From: Octopus vulgaris
Lineage: Eukaryota
DNA: 64,000 nucleotides
Assembly (NCBI GenBank): GCA_951406725.2
Contig: OX597816.1
Span: 147,436,001 to 147,500,000 of the forward strand
Direction of reading: 5' to 3'
In this document: positions 28,689 through 42,223 of the stretch, piece after piece
Position numbering within the stretch: position 1 is the stretch's first letter
How the letters are laid out: every line of letters starts with the position of its first letter
The notes under the pieces: model-generated
The model's input: only the letters and a program-made list of their open reading frames with translations
Database searches by the model: none
What the model was told of the DNA's origin: nothing
Made by a program: the position numbers and the translations under genes

Positions 28689-29648
28689 ATGCAAAACACA
28701 CGCACACAAACACGAACTTTAATATAACAACAGAGAGAGAAAGATACTGACAGTCAGATGCATCCAAGTTATGACTTTTGTATACTAGCAGAAACGCAGC
28801 CCTCCAGCCAGATTTCTACTAGTTGCTAAGTAATATTTCCACATTTGATTCTAGTTATGTGTAATTTTTCTCGTTTTTTAGGTCTAATTTTTCAAAACTC
28901 CAAAACGTTGCTTTTCAAAAAACGAAAAAATATTCTTGCCATTCCATAGCAAAACCGTTGTACTACACAGGCAATTTTTGATATCTTGGCATCTGAAGCA
29001 TTTCAAGATACGATGGTTTTACCAAAAGTACTGGCTTTTGCGAGCAAAAATAAATATTGAAAAAAGCGCATTTAGCCAAATTTGGACATACCACAGTTGA
29101 AAATGATAACGATATAATGTTCATTTAATCTAGATGTGTAAAGGTCCTCAGTTTACTGCATATACACTGTAAAGGAATAAACTATCCAAAACATATTGTG
29201 TTCGAGAGAGAGATAGAGAGAGAGGGGGAGGAGACAGAGAGGGAGAGAAAGACGAAGAGAGAGAGGGGGAGAGAGAGAGAGAGAGAGAGAGAGAAATGAC
29301 AAAGTGTGAACGCTACCTCGCAAGGTTGAAAAAACATTATTTTGCCGTGGATTAAAATTAATTTTCCTTAATCGAATTTTGTAATAAGTAAAGAAACTTA
29401 AAAACCACATTCTTATTTCGTATATATATATATATACATATGTATGATGAAAGTAAACAAAGTTTGCTTTAAAAGCGTTGAGATGTATTGGAAGATACAG
29501 AAATATTTTATTCTCACAAAAGTGTGAACAGGATAAATTATCCATACATTGGAGAAAATTACGTTACCGGCCAGCCATTACGGCTGCCCGGTAACGTATT
29601 CTTCTGCAATACATGGATAATACACACACACACACACACACACACACT

Positions 29649-29972
29649 AAAGACTCCGCCGGTTACGACGACGAGGGTCCCAGCTGATACGATCAACGGA
29701 ACAGCTTGCTCGTGAAATTAACGTGCAAATGGCTGAGCATTCCACAGACACGTGTACCCTTAACGTAGTTCTCGGGGATAATCAGCGTGACACAGAGAGT
29801 GACAAGGCTGACCCTTTGAAATACAAGTACAACTCATTTTTGCCAGCTGAGTGGACTGGAGCAACGTGAAATAACGTGTCTTGCTCAAGGACACAACGCG
29901 TCGCCGGGAATCGAACTCACAACCTTACGATCATGAGCCGAATGCCCTAACCACTAAGCCACGCGCCCTCAC
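29649..29972 (-). mobile_element. Family A SINE, full length, tail type 3
   Basis: Minus gtgagggcgcgTGGCTTAGTGGttagggc...gaGTTCGATTCcc; tgtgtccttgagcaagacac CORE-like block; 3' region unrelated to that of 3418-3721. Confidence 0.88.
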
Positions 29973-30193
29973 ACACACACACACATACACACACGCACAC
30001 ACACACTCACACACATATATATATATATTTCGTTTTGGGATTTGGTTTGCAAGATTCTTTATATGGGTTCGTGTGTTGAAGCATATTCTGTTGTGTCTGG
30101 GGAGAGTCATGTGTGTATGTGTGTGTGTATACATATATATATTCGCTGAACACTAGCCTTTGAGGTTCATATAGATTTTATACATATATATGT

Positions 30194-30250
<57 letters not shown>

Positions 30251-32868
30251 GAGAGAGAGAGGCAGATATGGTGATAGAGAGAGTAAGAGAGAGTATGAGT
30301 GACAAAGAGAGATCTACATTTGATGTAGTTTTGTTTTAGAATTAATACTTACAGAGAGCTTATGTATGTGATATTGTCACATATGCGGATACATACGCAA
30401 ATAAATGTGTCATGGTATACAGTTTCACTTACCACAAGCGCATATTGTACGAGGTTGAATAAAAAAAAAGGACAAGGGCATCGGTGGAAGGAAATTGAAA
30501 TTGTTAGATATGATGTATAATTTAGAAGATAGAAGAATATTATGACGGTTATGTAGATGGATGTATGATCGGATCGCTGTATGGAGAGTTGAATGGATTA
30601 AATATTTATTGAAAAGATGCATCCCGTTTTCTGTAATGCATTCGCGTTTTGAAAAGAAATCGTAAATCTAGTTTATTGAAAGAGAAGAAATTGAAAAAGA
30701 TATATAATAATTCTAATTTTGAGAGACCAATATAGGACATTTATTTAAATTTATGTGCATAACCAGATTTAATTAGATTGAACAAAATATTTAAGCCTCT
30801 GCAAAAGAAGTAAAAATAAGTTTTCTCCCTATTCATGTTTTTTAATAATATATTGTTTGAGAATATGCAATTCTCATTTATTTCATGACCCGTTTGATAT
30901 ATATGGAAACATACGTTTTTTTTTATATTTTCTCTAGCACATTTATTGCTTTCCCTGAAATGTCATTGAAATTTAGAAAAATATCACGCCTGATTTAAAT
31001 TAAATCCTTGTTATATCACGTTTAAAAAAAATTGTAAAATTTCATATGACCGTTAGTTGAACATAATGATTATTTCTATTGAAACACAGCGCACATAAAA
31101 TTGGAAAGGGTGAAGATAGAGGTGAGTTAAGTAAATGAATTATAGCCATTCTGAATATGGCTGAAGGATGACAAGACAGCATTGACTGTGATGGGAATTG
31201 AACAAGTGCCATAATGAGATAAATCCAAATATTCTACAATTAATCTATCGCTTTTCTGTTGTTCCCTATTAAAACATGATAGCAAATTGCAGTTTAAATA
31301 ATCTGAACATATCCAGAAACTTATTCCTAATATCTTTGAGAAGATAAAGGATAAATTAGTATAAGTTATTTATAATACTAATGGCTTTCTCTTTAGTGGT
31401 AGTTTAGAATCGCTGTAGCTTTAGAATTCAGAAAGTAAATGACCTTTCATTTATATTTTAATGGAACTTTTAAATCCATTCAATACATCTGCATACAGAA
31501 ATCATTTAATAATGGCATTCTAAGATTTCATGTAAATTAAAATAATGGAGTTGATAGAATATCATTTGGAGTTAAAACGTCGTTACAACGGCTGCGGAGA
31601 AATTCAAATGAGAAACACAAACCGTGAAGACTAAATGATAAACAGGTTAAAGTTGTTTGTCCTATACCCTGCAGTTTCAATCTCTACGACATTAATTGAT
31701 GATAATTTCTTTACAGGAAGTCCGAGTTCACATATTGGCACATAGGGAAAACTAAAGTCTGTCTTATTTATGTCTTTCTGAAGAGAAACAGTGGTGTACT
31801 GGATGAGAATGCTTTCAAGGCATACATCCTCATGCAAATCTACTTATAATTTTATTTTTAAATCAAACTAAAAATACATTTTCCAAAAAAAAAAATCAAA
31901 AGGCTACAAGTTTATACATACAAGCACTAGCTAAAGGTTCACGGCGTCTTATTAATTTAGTGAACCTGTAGAAACTTTGGAGAAATGAAATTTAAAGTCA
32001 TTTTCTGTGAGTTTCGAAACAAAACTGTAGATTTGTAGACTATTTCTTGAAATATGGAACGAGAGGAATTTCGGTAATATTTATTCATTTTACAATGCAA
32101 ATGCTTTAAGTCTGAAGTTTAAAATTAATAGAAGATAAGCATTTCTTTTAAAGAAAATGACGGAAATGACTGTAAAAAAATATCTAACAAAACTGACGTG
32201 AAATATCAATTTGAAGCGAATTTTCATAAGCTGAAGGAGCTAACGAAATTTAACCGATATACGACCAGCCAAATACAGACTGTCTGATGAAAAGCAATCA
32301 AATAATATAAAGTTAATAATGACCTTATTGTGTACAGAACTCAGCTGCCATACAGCACAGCAGAAGAAAGCAAATGTTGGGATTCATTTTAAGCAAGGAA
32401 CAATCTCAAATTCTACTTTAATTCTATAATACGCACGCATATACTATCATACCACACAGCACTCCCTAAAATAGAAACACGCAACTCGCCATCCGCACCC
32501 CCCCCACACACACACACTCATAAAAACACATATATACACATATGCACTCTACACACACAGTATCCCATTTACACACTCACCCACAATAGGCATTTTTGCA
32601 CTCTCTTACCTTCAAAAATCACTTTCTCTAAATCCAATTTCCAGTGAGTTATTTCTCGGCCATATAACGACACATATGCTTTTCCCACCAGACTTTTTGC
32701 TTCTCCTCCAACTCTTCCTGTCTGAACTTTTTTTCTCTCCTTCTGACAAAGATTCCTACAAGAAACGTCATTTCCACTCCTGGTTTTCCATCTAAAACTT
32801 TTACTGAGCGTCAATCGATTATGTGTATGTCTAATTAACTTTTGTGATGTTTTCCTCTTCTTTCTTTA

Positions 32869-32935
<67 letters not shown>

Positions 32936-34249
32936 TGTGTGTGTGTGCGTATTAAAGATAAGTACAGAAAACGTAACTGTCTTTTTAAGCTTAGCACATA
33001 TTCACGTGTTTTAGTGAATCGACTAGCATCATTACGCTTAGCAATTAGCCAAAACACGTTATACAATCGACTACCCTTCTTCGCATTCTCACTGAAAGCA
33101 CAAATCTTGCCCCTGTACATTCCAGCTCTGCAAATTACGTGCAGTATATTTAAGTACACGGACTAAATAATAAAAAGAATCAGAAATAGCACACTTGTGT
33201 TAACAGAAGATAGATGGTTAATATAAGATAATGAGATAACTTCGCTCCCCCCACCCCCGTAAATATTCCGCCAGACATACACATATTCCCACACTCTCTG
33301 AACAGAACACGTATTAACACAGTATATTCGGGGTAGAGGAAATAAATACCATCAGAGCGATGTACTATCAACGATGACAGTAACGACAGTAACAATAATA
33401 ATAGCAACTATAGTACGAACAGTCAGTGGCATATATCATGAAGGAAACTAAGACAACAGGTCGGTCTCTATATTAGATTTATGCATTCAGATAAAGTGAC
33501 AGATATATAGGCTGCTATATAAGTAGAGATAAATAATTTTGGTATTTGTTATATCATCACCATACATTTACTCTTTGAATAAATACACTGCCTGCTCAAG
33601 GAAAAGCAAGTGGAAATTCTAAAGTTACATTGCCAGGATGGGAATCCAGAGTTCACATGTCCATTAGTGAATCTACTAGAGGTAAAGTTTGTTGGGATGC
33701 CGCTCCGGTTGTTATGTTCTTGGGTGTCGGTTCCAGAGATGTTCCCGATATTTCGCCTAATATTATGGCTGTTCTTACCGTTCTATGCCTCATTTGAGCA
33801 GACAATCAGATGTGCATAACTATAGTTGCAATTTCCTTTTGTGGTGCTCCCAGAATAGTTCGTCTTACCATAGTTGGTGCCCACATCACATTTAGCAAGC
33901 TTTTTCGTACTGGCCAGGTTCGGTGTGGTGGATTAAGACACTATGATTATTTCCCTGTTCAAAATACTATGGGACATATACTGCATGATAACGGCTCTCT
34001 CGAGGATGTACGAAAAAATCGTTAAAACAATGGTCTTTCATGGTATGTGAAAATGGTGGGGTGAACCATATTAATATCTATTAATGAAACGGCTTGTCAG
34101 GCGTCAACGTTATCGTCCCATAATAACGCGGTTTGAGCTTAAGGATCAATCTCTCACATTGATTGGAAATTTGCCACCATCCCTCCTATATCCCTATCTC
34201 GATATCTATCTTTCTCTCTCTTTCTATGTTTCTCTCTCTCCTTCTCTCT

Positions 34250-34252
34250 ATG

Positions 34253-34286
<34 letters not shown>

Positions 34287-34640
34287 TAAAATATATACAT
34301 ATACATATATATATATATAAAATATATACATATACATATATATATATATAAAATATATACATATACATATATATATATATAATATATACATATACATATA
34401 TATATATATATAAAATATATACATATACATATATATATATATAAAATATATACATATATATATATAAAATATATACATATACACATATATATATATATAA
34501 TATATACATATACATATATATAAAATATATACATATACATATATATAAAATATATACATATACATATATATGTATATATATAAAATATATACATATACAT
34601 ATATATATATATAAAATATATACATATACATATATATATA
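34250..34640. repeat. AT minisatellite, unit AAAATATATACATATACA(TA)n, left flank of LINE
   Basis: About 12 visible units; the same unit resumes at 41711. Confidence 0.92.
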
Positions 34641-34652
34641 CAAGATGGCGCC
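34641..34652 (+). promoter_or_regulatory. YY1-like motif (CAAGATGGCG) at the LINE 5' terminus, candidate internal promoter element
   Basis: Matches the YY1 consensus AAGATGGCG; YY1 sites are known at the 5' end of L1 elements; lies exactly at the element boundary. Confidence 0.5.
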
Positions 34653-36375
34653 GAACTAACAACAAGTGTGTTAACGTGTCTCTCCTAAATATTAAAGAAG
34701 TCCTTCCAGAGATCGATGTTATCAGAAGCGAAATTGTCTGCAAAGCGAATATAAGTGTGAGTAAAAGTCACTGTATTTGAGAAGAATATTTTCGCTTTTG
34801 ATATAGTATTTGCAACTAGAACATACTCGCGAATACACGTGTTAAAACGCACGTGTGTTACTTCCCGAAATCGAAGTGAATTTTATTCTTCGTCTGTGAA
34901 TCAACAAGACACAGTATTTTTGAGAAGGATATTTTCGTTTTTGATGTATATCTGCGTGTTCTGAAAAAAGCCTCTGAAAAATTTGCTGCTTAATACCAAA
35001 TTGCTTAGGAAAATACAGAAAGTATCGTCAAACTGTTGCATGTGCTAAATCGAAACTCAAATCCCTTTTGTTTACAAAATACGATTAAGGAATATAAAAG
35101 GTCTGTCTTGTCTATCTATCTTCCTTTCTTATAAAAAGGAATCACGTAAGTACTCTCTCAGCCGGTAAGGTAAGGAAGATATTATTTATTATTTATTTTG
35201 TTATCATTAGTGTTCTTTCAAACAGAAAATAATAATAAAAAAAAAAGATATAAAAATATAAAAATACGCTCTATTCTATCTTTATAATCTTGCCACACAC
35301 TCTCTCTTTCTCTTTCTTACATTTCTATTTCTATCTTTCTCATACATTTTTATTATTTGTTATCATTAGTGTTCTTTCAAACAGAAAATAATAATTAAAA
35401 AGATATAAAAATACGCGCTATTCTATCTTTATAATCTCTCCTTCTCTTTCTTACATTTCTATTTCTATCTCTCTCATACAGTTTATACCTTATCTGTCTC
35501 CCCATCCACCAGACCCTCTATTTCCGCTCTCACTCTCCCCTCCTCCCTCTCTCTCCCTCTGCCATCGTTTCTCTTTCTGCATCTCTCTCAGATCAACTTA
35601 CTCTCATCTCACCCCCTCTCTCAGTTCCTCAACTTCACTCATTCTCTCTTGTATCTATATACCGCCCTCTTTCTCTCTCTCTCTCTGTTACTCCCCCTCC
35701 CTCTCTCTGCCTCTTTCCTCTCCGCTCCTTCACAGGTCAAACCCCTTTTCCTCTTCCCCTTCTGCCCCCTTATTTCTTTCTCTACACCACCCTCCCTTTT
35801 CCTCTTCCCCTTCTGTCCCCTTATTTCTTTCTCTACACCACCCTCCCTGTCCCTTTACTACACTATGTTGCGCCCCCTCTCTCCCTCTTCCCCCTTTTTC
35901 TTCCTACCTTTCCTCTCCCTGTTCCCTCTAAGGCTCACCACCCCCTGTCTCTTTTTCCTCTCTCTGTCTCCTTCCTCCACACCACCCTCTCTGTCCCTTT
36001 ACTTCACTCCCTGGTACCTCTATCCTGCCCTCTCTCTCTCTCCCTCTCCATTTCATCTCTCTCTCTCTCTTCCTCTCCATTTTATCTCTCCGCCTTTCTT
36101 CTCCCTGCTCCCCCTAGGGTCCACCCTCTTGTCTCACTTTTCCACCCTGTCCCTTTCTACTACACCTCTATACCGCTCACTCTCCCCCTGCTGACCTGCC
36201 ATTCTTTCTCCTTTCTCTTTTTTCCCTCTTATTTTCTCTCTTTCTCTCTTCTCTCAGGACAATCCCCTCGTCTCTCTCTCTATCCCCCCCTGGCTTTTCT
36301 CCTTTCTCTTCTCCCTCTCCATCTTATCTCTCCTTCTCTATCTCTCTCTCTGTTCCTATATTTCACTAGAAGAAA

Positions 36376-39300
36376 ATGGCAAGAAACTGGTCTGCGAGAG
36401 AGGTGCAATTGTTCGTCCACGCTTGGAGGATCGCTGAGGACGACTCGCCGAACGACATTATTGCTGCGGCGCTGAAAAGCAACAATTTTTCGAGAACCAC
36501 CGCCCAGATAGAGCGAAAGAAGAGAGAAGTTATCCGTTCGTACGCTCTAATCAGGCAACATGTGGACACTCTAGACATCATCCTGAGAGGTGACGGCAGC
36601 AGGGAGGGCCAAAAGGATGAGGAAAGCATCGAGAGCCAAATGGAGAAGCCTGGAACACAGGGAAACGATGACATATGTCCAGCTTCCAACACCACAACTG
36701 AAGACCAAAGAGGTGCGATGGCCGCAAGAAAGGAAATGCACCCTGGAATTGATGGGAAGCAGGAGGTAAAGGGTGACAGAATCAAGGCTAAAGGAAGCTC
36801 TGTCCAGAGAAAGCAGAGGGACCCCAGCAAAAACTGTAAGGGCAGGGAAAGAAACACCTGCAAATTCTACCTGAGGGGGACTGCTGGTACGGCGTTGAAG
36901 GTGCAAACTGTCGCTTTGCACATCGGAGGCCCTACCAAAACCACACGGACGCGAGACAGAGGTCCCTCCCTCAGGGAGAACAAAAGCAAAAACAAAAACA
37001 AAAAGAAAAAGTTAAAAGAAGGGAAAAAAGCGCACTGACCACTACTGAAAGACGGTATGCAGATGTGGTGCGCGGAAACCCAACAGGTGGCCAGCTTCAC
37101 CCAGATGTGAGAAGGGCGGCAGCTGAACAGCAGTCTTTTTGTGCATGGCACAAAAATTGTTCAGCAGCTGACCTGGCTACAAGCACAAAGCTGGAACTAC
37201 CACCACATAAGGCCACCACAGACACCAACACACACACCACAAAAATATTTCTACTGAATGTAGGAGGGCTGCTGCGCGGAAACTGTAAAAAGAAAATTTC
37301 ATTCCTGAGAGACCTTGTGACATGCAATCAAGCTATATGCATGGCACTCGCAGAAACGCATCTTGAACCCGATATAGGTGATGCAGAAATACACATGCCG
37401 CAATATGCAGTCATACGCACAGATAGAAAAGTGAGGAGCCATGGTGGAGTTGCAATGTACATCCGAGATGACCTCACGCCCCAGGTCCTGCTGTCATATT
37501 CAAACTCAGTATGTGAAACTCAAATTGTACACATAAGACAACTGAATATCGTCATATGCACTACATATCGCCCACCAGATGCCCCAAAACACTCAGGCAT
37601 GTTTGAAGACTGCCTAACAAAAATAGGAGAAGTCCTCACCAACCTTGAACAGCACAACAGTGTATTCTTCATGGGTGACTTTAACCTCCCCAATGTGGAA
37701 TGGCCTGGGGGGCAGATGCTCCCAGGGATGACACACCATCAGCAGGCACAGGTGGAGTCCCTGCTCCATCTCACAAATACCTCTTTCATGGAGCAAATAG
37801 TTCTGCAACCAACAAGGGCAGATAATATACTGGATCTCTGCTTCACAAACAATATGGATATTATCCATAATGTTAATGTGATGCCGACAATGATCTCGGA
37901 TCACAACATAATAGAGCTGTCTATGTATGGAACAAAAGCCCCCGCAGACACACAGCCTATACGAAGCACCCACCATCTCTCCAACTTAAACTTTCATAAA
38001 GCCAACTGGAAGTCGATTGAGAAAGAGATCCTCAAACAGGATTGGCCTGAATGTCTCTCCACACCGGACATAAACATGAAACACAAACACTTCATGTCCA
38101 TAATACAAGACATATGTGACAAATATGTCCCAATGTGCAGGGCCAGCACACACAAGAACAAAAACAGGAAAATCCCTAGAGAAAGGAGGATTCTTATGAG
38201 ACGACGGACAAGGACAGAATCAAACCGCCTGAGCAAGCACACCAAAAGTGGTGAGAAGTCTCAGCTCGAAAAATGCTAAGGGAAACTGAGAAAAGTCTAC
38301 CTCAGTCCCATGAGGGGGAGAGAGCAGATAAAGAAGCTTGGCTTTAATAGAAAATATAAAATCACCACACGGACGCGAGACAGAGGTCCCTCCCTCAGGG
38401 AGAACAAAAGCAAAACAAAAACAAAAAGAAAAAGTTAAAAGAAGGGAAAAAAGCGCACTGACCACTACTGAAAGACGGTATGCAGATGTGGTGCGCGGAA
38501 ACCCAACAGGTGGCCAGCTTCACCCAGATGTGAGAAGGGCGGCAGCTGAACAGCAGTCTTTTTGTGCATGGCACAAAAATTGTTCAGCAGCTGACCTGGC
38601 TACAAGCACAAAGCTGGAACTACCACCACATAAGGCCACCACAGACACCAACACACACACCACAAAAATATTTCTACTGAATGTAGGAGGGCTGCTGCGC
38701 GGAAACTGTAAAAAGAAAATTTCATTCCTGAGAGACCTTGTGACATGCAATCAAGCTATATGCATGGCACTCGCAGAAACGCATCTTGAACCCGATATAG
38801 GTGATGCAGAAATACACATGCCGCAATATGCAGTCATACGCACAGATAGAAAAGTGAGGAGCCATGGTGGAGTTGCAATGTACATCCGAGATGACCTCAC
38901 GCCCCAGGTCCTGCTGTCATATTCAAACTCAGTATGTGAAACTCAAATTGTACACATAAGACAACTGAATATCGTCATATGCACTACATATCGCCCACCA
39001 GATGCCCCAAAACACTCAGGCATGTTTGAAGACTGCCTAACAAAAATAGGAGAAGTCCTCACCAACCTTGAACAGCACAACAGTGTATTCTTCATGGGTG
39101 ACTTTAACCTCCCCAATGTGGAATGGCCTGGGGGGCAGATGCTCCCAGGGATGACACACCATCAGCAGGCACAGGTGGAGTCCCTGCTCCATCTCACAAA
39201 TACCTCTTTCATGGAGCAAATAGTTCTGCAACCAACAAGGGCAGATAATATACTGGATCTCTACTTCACAAACAATATGGATATTATCCATAATGTTAAT

Positions 39301-41637
39301 GTGATGCCGACAATGATCTCGGATCACAACATAATAGAGCTGTCTATGTATGGAACAAAAGCCCCCGCAGACACACAGCCTATACGAAGCACCCACCATC
39401 TCTCCAACTTAAACTTTCATAAAGCCAACTGGAAGTCGATTGAGAAAGAGATCCTCAAACAGGATTGGCCTGAATGTCTCTCCACACCGGACATAAACAT
39501 GAAACACAAACACTTCATGTCCATAATACAAGACATATGTGACAAATATGTCCCAATGTGCAGGGCCAGCACACACAAGAACAAAAACAGGATCCCTAGA
39601 GAAAGGAGGATTCTTATGAGACGACGGACAAGGATTGCAAACCGCCTGAGCAAGCACACCAAAAGTGGTGAGAAGTCTCGGCTCGAAAGAATGCTAATGG
39701 AAACTGAGAAAAGTCTACCTCAGTCCCATGAAAAGGAGAGAGCAGATAAAGAAGCTTGGGTAATAGAAAATATAAAATCAAACCCTAAAGCTTTCTTTAA
39801 GTTTGCCAAAGAGACAGCCACAGTGCACCAGAGAATAGGACCTCTCTTCCAAAAAGATGGCTCTCTCACAGGAAATCCCACGTGGATAAGTGAAATACTG
39901 AACGAACAGTTCCAAAGTGTGTTCACTACACCTCTAGGACACACGCAAGTAAACAACCCAGAAGAATTCTTTGCCACTTTACCAGCGGCCAAAGAGACAA
40001 AAATTGAGTACATCAACATCGAAGAAGATGATATCACATTAGCCATTGATGAGATTGACACAAACTCAGCTGCTGGACCTGATGGATTCCCAGCGATCCT
40101 TCTCAAATCGTGCAAACGAGCCCTTGCAAAAACCGCTACAGCTTCTTTTTCAGAGCTTTCTTGCAAGTGGTAAGCTCCCAGTCAAATTGAAAGAGGGGGT
40201 AATATGCCCTATCCATAAGGGAGGTAGCAGAGCAGATGCTAAAAAATATAGGCCTATCTCTCTGACCTCACACATCAGCAAAGTCATGGAACGAATAGTC
40301 CGTAAGAAACTAATCATGTTCCTTGAGGAAAATGACTTACTGTCTGACACCCAGCATGGATTTCGACCAGGTAGAGGCTGCCTAACACAGCTCCTGCAAC
40401 ACTATGACTGGGTGTTGAAACAGCTACTAATTGGCTCAAATGTGGATGTAATATATCTCGACTTTGCAAAAGCCTTTGATAAAGTCGACCATGGTATGAT
40501 CTGTCACAAACTGCGTGGTCTCGGCATAGGCGGGAAACTTGGAGAGTGGCTGCACAACTTCCTAAAAGACAGAAAACAGGCAGTTGTGAGCAATGGAGCC
40601 ACCTCCAGGAAACGCAAATAACAAGCGGTGTCCCACAGGGCACTGTCTTGGGGCCACTGATGTTCATAGTGGCCCTTTCAGACATGCCTTCAGTTGCTAC
40701 GATGACCACCCTTGCTAGCTATGCAGATGACACAAAAGTCTCCCACGCAATACAAAACCCTGAAAATATTGCGCATCTGCAACATGAGCTGGACACAATA
40801 TACAGGTGGGCTGAGGACAACAACATGCAGTTTAATGCAGGTAAGTTCCAGGCCCTGCGCTACTGGCACACAAAGGTAAATGACGTGAAGACTGGATACA
40901 CTGGCCCAGGAAGAATTGCAATCCCTGAGTCAAAATCAGTGCGTGACCTGGGCATTGACATGAGCAATGATGCATCTTTCCAAATGCATATTGCTAATCT
41001 GGTGATAAAATGCAGACGGCTAGCTGGATGGATTCTCCGAACTTTCAGAACAAGAGAGAAGGAGACACTGATGGTCCTGATGGAAAACATTTGTCCTCAG
41101 CCGCTTGGACTACTGCTCCCAACTTTGGTCACCACACAATATAAAACAAACAGCAGAACTCGAAGCAACTCAGAGAAGCTACACAAAGAAAATCGTCTCA
41201 ATGCAAAATGTCAGCTACTGGGAAAGACTGAAGGTATTAAACCTCTTCTCCCTGGAGCGGAGGCGGGAGAGATATGCAGTGATATACATCTGGAAAATCC
41301 TGGAGGGTCTTGTCCCAAACTTTGGCATTCAAAGTTACTCCAACCGCAGAACGGGCGCCGCTGCGTGGTGCCAAGGATTCCAACATCACCATCAAAATAC
41401 AGGTCCAGATACTGCAACAGCTTGGGTTTCAGAGGACCACAGCTCTTTAACATCCTCCCTAAATGCCTGAGAGACTTACATGGTGTGGATGTGGGTTTCT
41501 TTAAAACTAAACTGGATCTCTTCTTGTTGGGAGTCCCAGATGAACCTACCTCACGACAGGAGACACGGATGCGGGCAGCAGCATCGAAATCCCTTGTTGA
41601 TCAAGTGCCACGTATCAGAGGTGGATTCACAAACTAG
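36376..41637 (+). CDS. LINE polyprotein: Myb/SANT-like + CCCH zinc finger + APE endonuclease + reverse transcriptase (as assembled: 5 single-base indels and one internal duplication)
   Basis: NWSAREVQLFVHAW...IAAAL...RTTAQIERK; CKFYLRG.CWYGVEGANCRFAH; APE motifs LAETHL, YRPP, MGDFNLP, ILDL, SDHN; RT motifs YRPISLTS, QHGFR, YLDFAKAFDKVDH, SGVPQGTVLGP, YADD; stop TAG at 41635-41637. Confidence 0.88.
36941..39780 (+). repeat. Tandem duplication of ~1.42 kb inside the LINE (36941-38364 / 38365-39780)
   Basis: Both copies run ccacacggacgcgaga...gaaaatataaaatca and are nearly identical; differences cluster at 38160-38345. Confidence 0.95.
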
Positions 41638-41710
41638 TGTAGCTCATTCGGCGGTGGTGCCCCAGCATGGCCGCGGCCTTCGGCCTAAAACATTTTTAAG
41701 GATTTAAGGA

Positions 41711-42223
<513 letters not shown>

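Larger units (their letters stand above)
34641..41710 (+). mobile_element. Apparently full-length CR1-group (Zenon-like) APE-RT LINE
   Basis: Starts CAAGATGGCG at the minisatellite edge; 1.7 kb 5'UTR; APE and RT motifs; 3' stem-loops and (tttaagga)2 tail; same minisatellite on both sides. Confidence 0.92.

Noticed and set aside
31631-31845. Minus-strand exon candidate (LHEDVCLESIL...IETAG)
   Set aside because: Weak splice signals, no recognisable homology and no partner exon found.
34250-34640. CRISPR-like regular array
   Set aside because: No unique spacers, eukaryotic context and no cas genes; it is an AT minisatellite.
35649-36194. 181-aa Leu/Ser/Pro/Phe ORF
   Set aside because: Stop-free by composition; it is the pyrimidine tract of the LINE 5'UTR.
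37097-41453. Antisense ORFs within the LINE
   Set aside because: Short shadow ORFs opposite a coding strand, with no motifs.
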